A DNA stretch of 46,180 bases, from IMG/VR virus record IMGVR_UViG_3300011915_000001, positions 1 to 46,180 of that record; one strand, written 5' to 3'. This DNA is from a virus. The number at the start of each line of letters is the position of its first letter. Position 1 is the first letter of the stretch. A program made the translations under genes and the position numbers. The notes below the pieces were generated by a model. It had not been told where the DNA came from. It made no database searches and was given only the letters and a program-made list of their open reading frames with translations. Positions 16,921-25,192 of this stretch are shown here, in pieces.

Positions 16921-18397
16921 CTTCTGTGCTCTCGGTGTTGGTTGGTGGCGGGACTGTTTGCTGCCCCGCCGCGGAAACCTTGCGGGCGTCGTAGTCGAAC
17001 ACCAGGCCGGCGGCGTCTACCTTCCCGAGGTGTGTTGCGAACCGGGCAAGTACATCGTCCGGGTCCGTGTAGCCCATCTCGCGCAGCGCGTCGTCTGGCG
17101 TGAGCAGGCCGAGGCGCATGCGATCCTTGAGCACCGAAACCTCTTCGGCCGGATTGACCATGTCGCGGCGTGGCGGCACCCATTCGGCGCCGGCTTCCTC
17201 GAGCACGCCGCCAGGGATCAGCGTCTGCGCCTCGATGAACCACTCCCATACCTGTTCGCACAGCTGCGGGATCATCATTCGCCACTGCCACACATCGACG
17301 CGGCGCGCGAAGTGCAGCCAGCCCATGCGGCCGCTGGAGAAGTTCACACCCTTGAGGTCGGCTGTCAGCAGTTCGTAAGGGATGCCCAGGCCGACCGAAA
17401 CTGCGTGCAGTGCCTGCCAGGCATAGGTGCTGTACCCGTTGAAGGTTGGCGGCGCGGCGAACTTGACGTCTTCGCCCATGGCCAGCTGCTGGATAAGGCC
17501 GGGCTCCATGCGGTCAACTAGGGGTGGCGCCTTGGCCCCGCCCCCCATATCGCCCTGAGTCACAAAGGCGGCGAAGCAGGCGGCAATCTTGGCCTGCTCC
17601 ATTACTGCGTCTTCCATCTCGTCGAAGTGACGCAGACGCTGCATGACCGGAGCGAGCCAGGTGTAACCGCGGGCCTGCCCAGGGCGACGAGGCATGAACA
17701 CGTGGATCACGTCTTCTGCCGGAACCCGCTTGGACTGACTCGACACCAGGCCAGTTGATGCGCCGGGATGCTCTTCGAACAGCCAGTACGCTACACGCCG
17801 GCCGAGCGCATCGAACTCGATGCCCTGGATGATCTGGTTGCCACCGTTTCGGGCGCTCTTGGCGTCGTCGAGGAAGTCCGGCTCGATGACCTGCAACTGC
17901 ATCGGGACAGGCAGGCCGTCAGAACTGAAGCGTCGGCGACGGCGAATCAGGCACTCACCGGCCTCGGCCACCGTCTCCATGACCTTGTGCTGCAGGCCGT
18001 AGAAGTTCTCGATGCCGTCAGCGTCGCAAGCTGTGGTTTCACCCCACGCTGCCCAGGTCGCGGACAGTTTCTTGTTCGATCGAGCGCTTTTGGCCTTTGG
18101 CCGCGGGACGATGCCGGCGCCGATCACGTTGTCAGCGATACCGGTGATTGCCCGCTCGGCGTAAGGGTTGTTCCGGCGCATGTCGCGGGCACGATTGCGG
18201 AGCACCGTCAGGGCTGGCCCGTTCTCGGCGTTCGCGTCTGTGCCAGCTGCGCGCCATCCATCGTTGCGCCGCCCGCCTGCCGCACCCTCGAACCGACGGG
18301 CGAGCATCTGCGTCACCATCTCGGCCTTGGCTTTCTTCAGGCGCGACTCTGCGCGTTTCGCGGCCATGCCGGGAAACAGGGTGTCGATCACGCCCAT
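16892..18397 (-). CDS. Portal protein, lambda gpB family
   Basis: 501 aa, follows gpW and the terminase exactly as in lambda. Contains RRNNPYAERAITGIADNVIGAGI. Confidence 0.85.
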   Translation of the reverse strand: MGVIDTLFPGMAAKRAESRLKKAKAEMVTQMLARRFEGAAGGRRNDGWRAAGTDANAENGPALTVLRNRARDMRRNNPYAERAITGIADNVIGAGIVPRPKAKSARSNKKLSATWAAWGETTACDADGIENFYGLQHKVMETVAEAGECLIRRRRRFSSDGLPVPMQLQVIEPDFLDDAKSARNGGNQIIQGIEFDALGRRVAYWLFEEHPGASTGLVSSQSKRVPAEDVIHVFMPRRPGQARGYTWLAPVMQRLRHFDEMEDAVMEQAKIAACFAAFVTQGDMGGGAKAPPLVDRMEPGLIQQLAMGEDVKFAAPPTFNGYSTYAWQALHAVSVGLGIPYELLTADLKGVNFSSGRMGWLHFARRVDVWQWRMMIPQLCEQVWEWFIEAQTLIPGGVLEEAGAEWVPPRRDMVNPAEEVSVLKDRMRLGLLTPDDALREMGYTDPDDVLARFATHLGKVDAAGLVFDYDARKVSAAGQQTVPPPTNTESTEDDGSDDQDA

Positions 18398-18398
18398 A

Positions 18399-18605
18399 TC
18401 AGTAGCCCTTGGAGAAGGATGTGTAGGTGCGCCCTCTCGGGCCAGTGTCGGGAAGCGGTTCGAGATCTGTTTCCATCAGCCGAAGCGTGCGGATCATCTC
18501 GTCGAGCGACCTGTAGGTGACGCTGCGGTCGGCATAGCGAACCATCAGCTCGCCGCCTGCGATGGCCGCTTTCAGCGTGTCGTATTGCTCGCGCGTGAAT
18601 GCCAT
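18399..18605 (-). CDS. Head-tail joining protein gpW-like
   Basis: 68 aa starting MAFTREQYDTLKAAIAGGELMVRYADRSVTYRSLDEM. Located between the terminase and the portal. Confidence 0.75.
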   Translation of the reverse strand: MAFTREQYDTLKAAIAGGELMVRYADRSVTYRSLDEMIRTLRLMETDLEPLPDTGPRGRTYTSFSKGY

Positions 18606-20530
18606 CACTTTCTCCAGTAGGAGGACTGCACCCGCGGGCGCTCGTCGTTTGATTGAGTTTCAGGTGAAGCTGGGTCGATGGCGTCGAGGTTCAGGCCAAA
18701 CCGCTGCTGGCTGATCCGTAGCGCGGCCAGGGCATACACCAGGCAATCCAGCGCCTCGTTGCGCCGGCCGTTCGCCTCCCAGCGGTAAACGCGCTGACCG
18801 CCAGCGATCTTCAGGCGCTTGGTTTCAGCCGTGAGCTGTTTCAGCTCCGACTCGTCGCAGATGTCGTCATTGGCCGGGAAGTGGATCGCGCCTGGCTGCA
18901 TGTCGCCGGCCTGGCTGCGCGCTGTGTCGACGCCGAGACGCAGGCGGCTGTAGATCAGCTCCTTGGCGTTGTCGGTGCCGACTTCGGTCAGGTAGACGCC
19001 CGCCTTGGTCCGCGTGCGCGGCATGTTGGCGATCGGCTTGCCGTAGGTGTTTGCGCCTCGGATCGGGATGACCCACGTAACACCGTGCTTGCGGCTTTCG
19101 GCATACACCTCGTCGGTGTAGTGGCCGCCGGAGTCCCAGCACCAACGGTCAACCTTCATCGGAAGCCCGTCTGGCCGGATGAATTGCCGGTGAATTTCGA
19201 GTCCGACCTTGCGGCGCAGCTCTTCGCTTGCGGGGTCACCGTGCAGGATGAAGCGATGGACAAGCCACTTCTCCTCTCCGGCGCCGAACGCCCAAACTCG
19301 ACCCTCGTAGCGGTCGTCCTGGGTATCGATGCCGCCCATCAGCGCAACGGCGCGTGCCGGGATCTGCGGGTATACCTCGCGGCGACCGTAAAGCGTCTCC
19401 CACTCGACCTTTTCGCCCTCGTCTTCGTCGAAGGTTTCGCCGAGCGTGGTGTTGATGAAGGTCTTCAGCTTGTTGCGGTCGTCCTTGGCCTTGTAGAAGT
19501 CCAGTACGATGCGCCCCCACGTCGTGAACGGGCTGTATGCCGTCCAGATGTGGAAGGTGACCGAATCAGGTGTCGGGATGACCTCGCCGTCGGCGCTGAA
19601 ATAGTCCAGCCCGTCGCGTGTCCAGATGCCGGTTTTCTCGCAAATCCAGCGCCCTTTCGCGTGCTGCTCCTGCATTTCGTGCTGCTGGACCATGCAGGCG
19701 TTGTGTTCGCAGACGTACCAGGCGTTGCCCGGGCTCTCTGCGTCCCACTTGATGCCGAACGCGCAGTCCTTGCCGCCCCACTTCAGGAATTGCTCAGCCT
19801 GGCAGTGAGGGCACGGCACATGCAGCCGGAACAGGTGAGGCGATTCGCTCGCCGCCGCCTCAATCTGGCAGGTGCCTTTGATCTTCGGAGTGCTGCCTCG
19901 GATCGACTTCGGGAAGGTCGAGCCTTCAATCCGCTTGTCACCAAGGAATGTCGGGCTGCCTTCCTTCTCCACGTCCGGCTCGAACGCTGCCAGCTCGTCA
20001 TAGATGATGGTGTCGACCGACTTCTCGCGGTAGTTCTTCGCCGCTGCGCCACCAAGGCACCAGAGCTGCTTGCTGTGGCTGAATCGCTTGGTGTCCAGCG
20101 TGTTGTCGCGGTGCTTCTTGCCGTACCAAGGCGCGAGCGCGTAGATGCTCGGCACGTCGCGGATCATCGTCTCGACGTGGGCCTTCATGAATCCGGCCGC
20201 GGCGCCATCGGTTGGCAGAAGCAGCAGGATGTTCCTGCGCTTGTGCTCGATCTGGTAGGCAGACGCCGCGAGCAGCATCTTCGAATAGCCGACACGGGCC
20301 GACTTGATCACGTTGATGGTGCGGATTTCGTCGTTGCCCATCGCGTTAAGGATGGCAACCTGAAACGGCAGCGTCTCCCAGCGGCCTTCTTGATAGGACG
20401 ACTCGCTGGACAGGTAGAAATTCTCATCCGCCCATTCAACGGGCGTCATCGGCACCGGACGCGACAGCGGAACCAGACCGAGGCGCACGGCCCCGGCCAG
20501 CTCATTGATCTGCGGTGTCGAGATATTCAT
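18605..20530 (-). CDS. Terminase large subunit, lambda gpA family
   Basis: 641 aa. Contains KSARVGYSK, which matches the lambda gpA ATP-reactive motif as I remember it. Synteny with the small subunit, gpW and portal supports the call. Confidence 0.9.
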   Translation of the reverse strand: MNISTPQINELAGAVRLGLVPLSRPVPMTPVEWADENFYLSSESSYQEGRWETLPFQVAILNAMGNDEIRTINVIKSARVGYSKMLLAASAYQIEHKRRNILLLLPTDGAAAGFMKAHVETMIRDVPSIYALAPWYGKKHRDNTLDTKRFSHSKQLWCLGGAAAKNYREKSVDTIIYDELAAFEPDVEKEGSPTFLGDKRIEGSTFPKSIRGSTPKIKGTCQIEAAASESPHLFRLHVPCPHCQAEQFLKWGGKDCAFGIKWDAESPGNAWYVCEHNACMVQQHEMQEQHAKGRWICEKTGIWTRDGLDYFSADGEVIPTPDSVTFHIWTAYSPFTTWGRIVLDFYKAKDDRNKLKTFINTTLGETFDEDEGEKVEWETLYGRREVYPQIPARAVALMGGIDTQDDRYEGRVWAFGAGEEKWLVHRFILHGDPASEELRRKVGLEIHRQFIRPDGLPMKVDRWCWDSGGHYTDEVYAESRKHGVTWVIPIRGANTYGKPIANMPRTRTKAGVYLTEVGTDNAKELIYSRLRLGVDTARSQAGDMQPGAIHFPANDDICDESELKQLTAETKRLKIAGGQRVYRWEANGRRNEALDCLVYALAALRISQQRFGLNLDAIDPASPETQSNDERPRVQSSYWRK

Positions 20531-21032
20531 TCAGCAATCCAGGCAGGCGGTCATCTAGGGTCGCCGCCCGGTTGCGTGCCTTGGCCAGCTCACGCTGGAC
20601 CGATTCGATGTGCCGGACCTCTAGGTCAGGGTGGCGGCGTTTCAATGTCAGGGGCAGCGTGTCGAGTAGCGACCCGATTTCAGCGGCCAGGCGCGACAGC
20701 ACGAACGTGGCAAATTCGGTAGGGACCGACTTGCGCTTGGTGATGTCGTTCTTCAGTTCTTGACCTTCGGCCTGGGCTGCAGTCAGTCGCAGGCGTTCTT
20801 GCTCTAGGCGCTTGGCAGTGTCCTTGTCGTCGCCGTCTTCATCGGCTGGCGGTTCCGGTCGGACTTGGCCATTCCCGATCCCGCGCAAATACCTGATGTA
20901 CGCCAAGCGACAGGCGTCAATATCCAATCCGCCAGCGCCCTTAGAGCTAGGCAGAACGCCGTCTGTCAGTAGATTTCGCACCTGCCGGTCACTGATATCG
21001 AGGTGCTGTGCGACTTCGATTTGAGTGGCCAT
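20502..21032 (-). CDS. Terminase small subunit (Nu1-like)
   Basis: N-terminal winged-HTH MATQIEVAQHLDISDRQVRNLLTDGVLP. Overlaps the start of the large subunit. Confidence 0.8.
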   Translation of the reverse strand: MATQIEVAQHLDISDRQVRNLLTDGVLPSSKGAGGLDIDACRLAYIRYLRGIGNGQVRPEPPADEDGDDKDTAKRLEQERLRLTAAQAEGQELKNDITKRKSVPTEFATFVLSRLAAEIGSLLDTLPLTLKRRHPDLEVRHIESVQRELAKARNRAATLDDRLPGLLNEYLDTADQ

Positions 21033-21191
21033 GCGTGTTCGTCCCGGAACCGGAAGCGGTCCAGCTGGAAAAAGTTCGTATGAAGCGAAAAGGCGGGGCG
21101 CGAATTACCCGCAGGGCCCGGGGTGCCCAGGAGGACCCAATGGGGGTGGGGCCTGGCCGTCCGGATGCCTGATTTGCACCACGTCGGTGCA
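21033..21191 (-). other. Putative cos region
   Basis: 159-bp non-coding GC-rich stretch directly upstream of the Nu1-like gene, where lambda-type cos sites lie. The exact cosN was not determined. Confidence 0.4.
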
Positions 21192-21893
21192 TCACCTCGC
21201 AGTCGACACAGCCCGCTCAAATGCCTTCTCGAACTCCTTGTCGAAGTTCGCCTTGATGATGTTGTCTGCGATCTTGAAGAACGGGACTCGCACGCTGTAC
21301 CTAGGGGCGGCATCAGTGAAGATGAATACCGGCCTTACTCCATAGTCCTTGCCGAAGCGCTTGCGCTCCCATATGCCGTCCTGTCCATCAACCTCACCAG
21401 CGAAGTATTTGCTTGCCCTGGTGCGCTTACCGGCAGGGGCTGATGCCTTGTTCGGATCAACCGCCTTGAGCAGTCGCCTTGCAAGCGAGCCTTTGACGTT
21501 CCCGTTGTGGTCGAGGAAGTCCTTATTGGGGACTGCATACTGCCCAGGCTTCAGCACTCCCTTGGCCATCAGCGCTTTCTCGAAACGCTTAGGCTTGCGG
21601 TACGTACCGTATACGGCCGACTGCAGATACTTGTTTGCAGCTATGCCTGCACCTTGATCCTTGAGGCCAACTACTGCCTGCAGCTTTGTCTTATTGGCTG
21701 GCCTTACGAAGATGCTGTCCATCGTGGTTCTGGTCGGCCGATCAAACCGGCGCGCCATCACCTTGTACTCCCCGGCCTGCACGAGCTTCGCTAGATTGGT
21801 CAGGGTCAGCGCCATAGCGAACGGGATCTGCTTGGCGAACTTATCGAGCTGCTCTTGGGCGAGCTTTGCGTCTGGCGCCTTGATAGTGATCAT
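21192..21893 (-). CDS. Hypothetical phage protein, possibly gpZ/gp10-like tail-completion fold
   Basis: 233 aa. The N-terminal pattern LDKFAKQIPFAMALTLTNLAKLVQAGE loosely recalls lambda gpZ / HK97 gp10-type proteins. This is a weak, by-eye resemblance only. Confidence 0.3.
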   Translation of the reverse strand: MITIKAPDAKLAQEQLDKFAKQIPFAMALTLTNLAKLVQAGEYKVMARRFDRPTRTTMDSIFVRPANKTKLQAVVGLKDQGAGIAANKYLQSAVYGTYRKPKRFEKALMAKGVLKPGQYAVPNKDFLDHNGNVKGSLARRLLKAVDPNKASAPAGKRTRASKYFAGEVDGQDGIWERKRFGKDYGVRPVFIFTDAAPRYSVRVPFFKIADNIIKANFDKEFEKAFERAVSTAR

Positions 21894-22005
21894 TCCGGCT
21901 CCCCTTCCACGCTGCTCTCGCTGCCATCCACACCTCTTTCCCGATCATCACAGCGACACAGGCGGCGATGCGGAGTAGCAGGAGGATGGCGTGGAGGCGT
22001 TTCAT
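21841..22005 (-). CDS. Possible 54-aa small membrane protein
   Basis: ATG 22005 overlaps the upstream stop (ATGA). N-terminal hydrophobic segment LHAILLLLRIAACVAVMIG. It overlaps the next gene by 53 nt, so it is uncertain. Confidence 0.3.
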   Translation of the reverse strand: MKRLHAILLLLRIAACVAVMIGKEVWMAARAAWKGSRNDHYQGARRKARPRAAR

Positions 22006-22121
22006 TGCTGCTCTCGGCGCTTGGCTTCTTCGATAGCTTTGGCCTTGCACTTGGAACACCACAGATGAGGACGCCCCATAGGATCGCCGCACTGCTTACA
22101 GGTGAACCCTTTAGGCTTCAT
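22002..22121 (-). CDS. 39-aa zinc-ribbon mini-protein coupled to the holin
   Basis: ATG 22121 overlaps the holin stop (ATGA). Sequence MKPKGFTCKQCGDPMGRPHLWCSKCKAKAIEEAKRREQQ contains CxxC...CxxC. Confidence 0.45.
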   Translation of the reverse strand: MKPKGFTCKQCGDPMGRPHLWCSKCKAKAIEEAKRREQQ

Positions 22122-22435
22122 GCGCTCGCCTTCTTCTCCCCCCAGCGGATAGCCAGGTCGCGGAGCTTTTCTGTTCCGAGGAAGCCAACCGATCCACCTA
22201 CGAACGTGGCCATCGATTGAGGCAGGCCGAAGTATTCGAGCAACGGGACAAGGGTCAGCGTGGCGAATCCACATAGCAGCCCTTCGAGCAGCATCTGTCG
22301 CTTACTGCCGCCTCCGTAGATCACGCGAACGACAGCGATGGTCACGGAAAGGCCGAACGCATACAGGCTCGGAGCAATTGTCTGCAGCCATGCGAGAGCC
22401 ACAGCCCACGTTTCAGGACGGTCGGGCATCTTCAT
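22118..22435 (-). CDS. Class I holin, lambda S-like, with a Met-Lys-Met dual start
   Basis: ATG AAG ATG at 22435..22427. 105 aa starting MKMPDRPETW, with three hydrophobic segments and a basic C-terminus. By-eye resemblance to lambda S (MKMPEKHDLL...). The TTG start at 22540 in the ORF track is rejected. Confidence 0.75.
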   Translation of the reverse strand: MKMPDRPETWAVALAWLQTIAPSLYAFGLSVTIAVVRVIYGGGSKRQMLLEGLLCGFATLTLVPLLEYFGLPQSMATFVGGSVGFLGTEKLRDLAIRWGEKKASA

Positions 22436-22536
22436 ATCTCGGTTATCCCGCATGGGGCAGTTGGTGTTTGGTCCGGCCTCACATGCGCGTGCGATCCGCT
22501 CGGGGCAAGGAGGCAGGCATGGGGCCGGAATAGGGT

Positions 22537-22728
22537 TCAAGCCACACGCGGCTTGCTGAGGTATGCACGCAGGTCACTTGCCAGCGTAAGAGCGTCGGTT
22601 AGCTCAGGGCTTGCACCGCACCGCTCGATGGCAAGGCACACGCCGCGAGCCAGCTCAACAAGCGCGGCGTCACTCGGGCGAGGGACATCAGGATTGCTCG
22701 GAGCCATAAACACAGGGTTAGCGAGCAT
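22537..22728 (-). CDS. Hypothetical protein, first gene of the late operon
   Basis: ATG 22728 has RBS GGAGAAGG. 63 aa. Confidence 0.5.
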   Translation of the reverse strand: MLANPVFMAPSNPDVPRPSDAALVELARGVCLAIERCGASPELTDALTLASDLRAYLSKPRVA

Positions 22729-22892
22729 TGCCTTCTCCAGAAAGAACAAAGCCCCGCACTAGGCGAGGCCGGAATAGGGTTGCACTGCATTGCACGTTAG
22801 GCCGCGTAAGCTGCCGTGGCGCTGCACTCTATTGCGCGATGCGGTGCGAATGGGTGCGCTGGGTGGTGAGCCCTCATCAACCGTTTGCGCAT

Positions 22893-22920
22893 AAAAAAGC
22901 CCCGGCATTTCTGCTAGGGC
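22893..22920 (-). terminator. Intrinsic terminator downstream of the late promoter (tR'-like)
   Basis: Minus strand reads GCCCTAGCA-gaaa-TGCCGGGGC followed by TTTTTT. It lies about 170 nt after the Q-like gene stop. Confidence 0.75.
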
Positions 22921-23089
22921 TTTCTGTTTGGTGCTGCAGGGTGAGAAGGCCTGCGATGAAGCATTTGCGAGGCACACTGAGCAATGTGCTGGCCGAATAT
23001 TCCATCAGGCGAAGGAATCACAGCATGGGGAAATAGTGCCTCTAGCCGAACGGGAATGCAAGCGTTTTTCTCACGTATTAAGCCCGTAT
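22921..23089 (-). promoter_or_regulatory. Late promoter region (PR'-like) with a short leader
   Basis: Intergenic region between the Q-like gene and the terminator. Candidate TTGCAT -35 element. The exact -10 element is unresolved. Confidence 0.45.
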
Positions 23090-23680
23090 TTACGCAGCAT
23101 CCTTCCACTGGTACAGCAAGCAAGAAACCGGAGCCAGCGCGGCCTTGTCCATGTCGTTGCAGGCCTGGAAGAATGCGTCGATGTGTGACTCCCACTCACG
23201 TGTCCAGTTCTCGCTGCAGAGGCGCACGCCGTACTCGTCGAAGAGCCAGGCGCGGAAGGTCTCAGGGGTCGGCAGCGGGTCAGGCGTCGAGCTTTGCCCT
23301 CCCTGATGCTGGCGGCGGTACCGGTAGAGCACGCCCTTGGCGACGTGCTGCGCCTTCTCTCGTTTGGCTTCGGTCATGCGCGGTAGCTTGGCGGCGGCCA
23401 TCGCGAACACAAGCTCCTCGGCAATCTCCCGGTGGTCGTCGTCGGCCAGTGGCGAGTACATCCAGTGCCCGAAGCATTGCAGGCTGGCCGGTAGCGTACC
23501 GATCACCGACTGAACCATTCCGCACAGCGCTTGATCGAGCGCCACGTCGGTGCGGCGGTCCTTCTCGGTCTTCTGGATGCTGGCCTGCAGCATTCCCACC
23601 TCGAGGGCGTAGGAGGTAGTAGATTCCCGGCGCTGGTAGTAGGCGTCATGCCAGAGTTGACGCGCGCTGTTCATCTTCAT
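23090..23680 (-). CDS. Late-gene antiterminator Q-like protein (positional assignment)
   Basis: 196 aa, the last gene of the nin-like region. It is followed by a promoter-leader-terminator and then the holin, as in the lambda Q-PR'-tR'-S arrangement. Confidence 0.5.
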   Translation of the reverse strand: MKMNSARQLWHDAYYQRRESTTSYALEVGMLQASIQKTEKDRRTDVALDQALCGMVQSVIGTLPASLQCFGHWMYSPLADDDHREIAEELVFAMAAAKLPRMTEAKREKAQHVAKGVLYRYRRQHQGGQSSTPDPLPTPETFRAWLFDEYGVRLCSENWTREWESHIDAFFQACNDMDKAALAPVSCLLYQWKDAA

Positions 23681-25188
23681 GCTGCTGCTCCCCGTGCTGC
23701 TGCCGCATCGCGGCGAAAGAAGGTACCGCCGACGCAGTGAATCAGCGTCCGCTTGCCGTTGGCGTAGGTGATGTCGTGGGTTGCCGTCCAGCCGCTGAGC
23801 GATCCGGCGTTGTAGCCCATGTTCATCAGCGAACTAGTGCCGACCGAATGGGCGCCATCAATGATCCGGCCGCCGTGGCCGTGTCCGTGCGTGACCTTGG
23901 CGCCGACCGTTGCGAATGCCTGCGTGCTACCGCGTGCGCCGTTTGGCCCTTTGTCGCCGTGGTTGCTGAAGTCGATGCCGAAGCGCATGAACGACTCATC
24001 GGGCTTCAGCCACTTCACCCGGTCGGCAGCACTCATTAGCTTGTCCATCCAGTACTTGAACGGATCGCAGTAAGAGCCATCGACGATGGCGCGAAGCATA
24101 ACGGCCTTGGTTTCGTGGAATACCAGGGTGTTCTCGATATCCAGGGCGTTCTCGGACCTCTCTAGCCACTGCCGGAAGTGATCGTGATGGTTCGAGTTCA
24201 CCATGATCGTCTGATCGGCGAAGGTGGCCAGGTCATCGACGTGGCGCGCAGTCTTCTTCAGCTCATGCAGGACGCTTGATGTGCCGTCGATGTGCCGCTT
24301 GAACTTCTCGAAGAACTTGTTGTGATGGCTGGCCGAGCCGAAGTTCAGCACGTCATGCAGGACCAGATGTTTCGGCTGCACTATGCCGGCAAGCGCTCTG
24401 GTTGCCTCTGTGACGACCGGATCGGCCATCTCGGCATGGATGTCGCCCATCGTTAGCACTTCAGCGCGCGGCGCCTTTTCAGGCCCTTTCACGGTGTATT
24501 TCGTGTCGAGGTCGATAAAGCTGCCGTCTTTCATCGGGCAGATGTGGCGGATGTGGTTGTGCAGGCCGTCCACCTCTACCACGACGGCGCCTAGCGTATG
24601 GTGGAACTCGCCTTTCTTTCCGGCGTTGCTGTCGCTGTAGTTCTCGACAGTGCAGGCGCCGGTAGTCATCACGAGCTTCGCATGGTCGCCCAGGCGCGTC
24701 GCGACAGACTCCAATGCGATCTTGGTGTGCCCGAGGATTGCCCAGTCGCGGCCAGATACGGTCAGCCAGCCTTGCAGCGGCTTCACGGCGGTCGGCTGGA
24801 TCTTGATATCAGCCAGAACAACCAGCCCCTTAGCCAGCTTGGTGCGCTCGTGGGTGATGTACGGCATCAGGCGGGCATCCCACCAGTCGTCATCGGCCAC
24901 TTCATCCCGGCGAGTCGGGTTCTTGTAGCGCATGGGTATCACGATCAGCCGGGCGCCACGCAGGGAGCAGTAGAGCTGCAGCGTCTTGAGAAACCCGGCG
25001 TGCGCCTTGGTTGCGTTCACTGCAGCCGTGATGACGTAGGTCTCAGCCTTCCCTTCCAGTTCCGGCACGTCGATGCCGCGCGCCTCGTTGTAGATGTGCC
25101 CGCATCCGGTGCAGCACAGGCGGCGATTAGTGCCGCGGTATGAGTGAAGTCTGCTGCCTGTGTTCAGGCACTTCGGACATGCGAGCAT
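23677..25188 (-). CDS. Zn-ribbon + unknown domain + calcineurin-like metallophosphoesterase (503 aa)
   Basis: ATG 25188 has RBS AAGGGGGAG. N-terminus CPKC...CTGC. The ordered phosphoesterase motifs GDIH, LHDVLN, SNHHDH, SNHGD and GHGHGG lie in the C-terminal half. Confidence 0.65.
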   Translation of the reverse strand: MLACPKCLNTGSRLHSYRGTNRRLCCTGCGHIYNEARGIDVPELEGKAETYVITAAVNATKAHAGFLKTLQLYCSLRGARLIVIPMRYKNPTRRDEVADDDWWDARLMPYITHERTKLAKGLVVLADIKIQPTAVKPLQGWLTVSGRDWAILGHTKIALESVATRLGDHAKLVMTTGACTVENYSDSNAGKKGEFHHTLGAVVVEVDGLHNHIRHICPMKDGSFIDLDTKYTVKGPEKAPRAEVLTMGDIHAEMADPVVTEATRALAGIVQPKHLVLHDVLNFGSASHHNKFFEKFKRHIDGTSSVLHELKKTARHVDDLATFADQTIMVNSNHHDHFRQWLERSENALDIENTLVFHETKAVMLRAIVDGSYCDPFKYWMDKLMSAADRVKWLKPDESFMRFGIDFSNHGDKGPNGARGSTQAFATVGAKVTHGHGHGGRIIDGAHSVGTSSLMNMGYNAGSLSGWTATHDITYANGKRTLIHCVGGTFFRRDAAAARGAAA

Positions 25189-25192
25189 TCGC

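Noticed and set aside
22436-22540. 35-aa N-terminal extension of the holin (TTG start at 22540)
   Set aside because: The start is non-ATG and the extension is Cys/Pro-rich and non-hydrophobic. The ATG-AAG-ATG at 22435 reproduces the lambda S dual-start motif.
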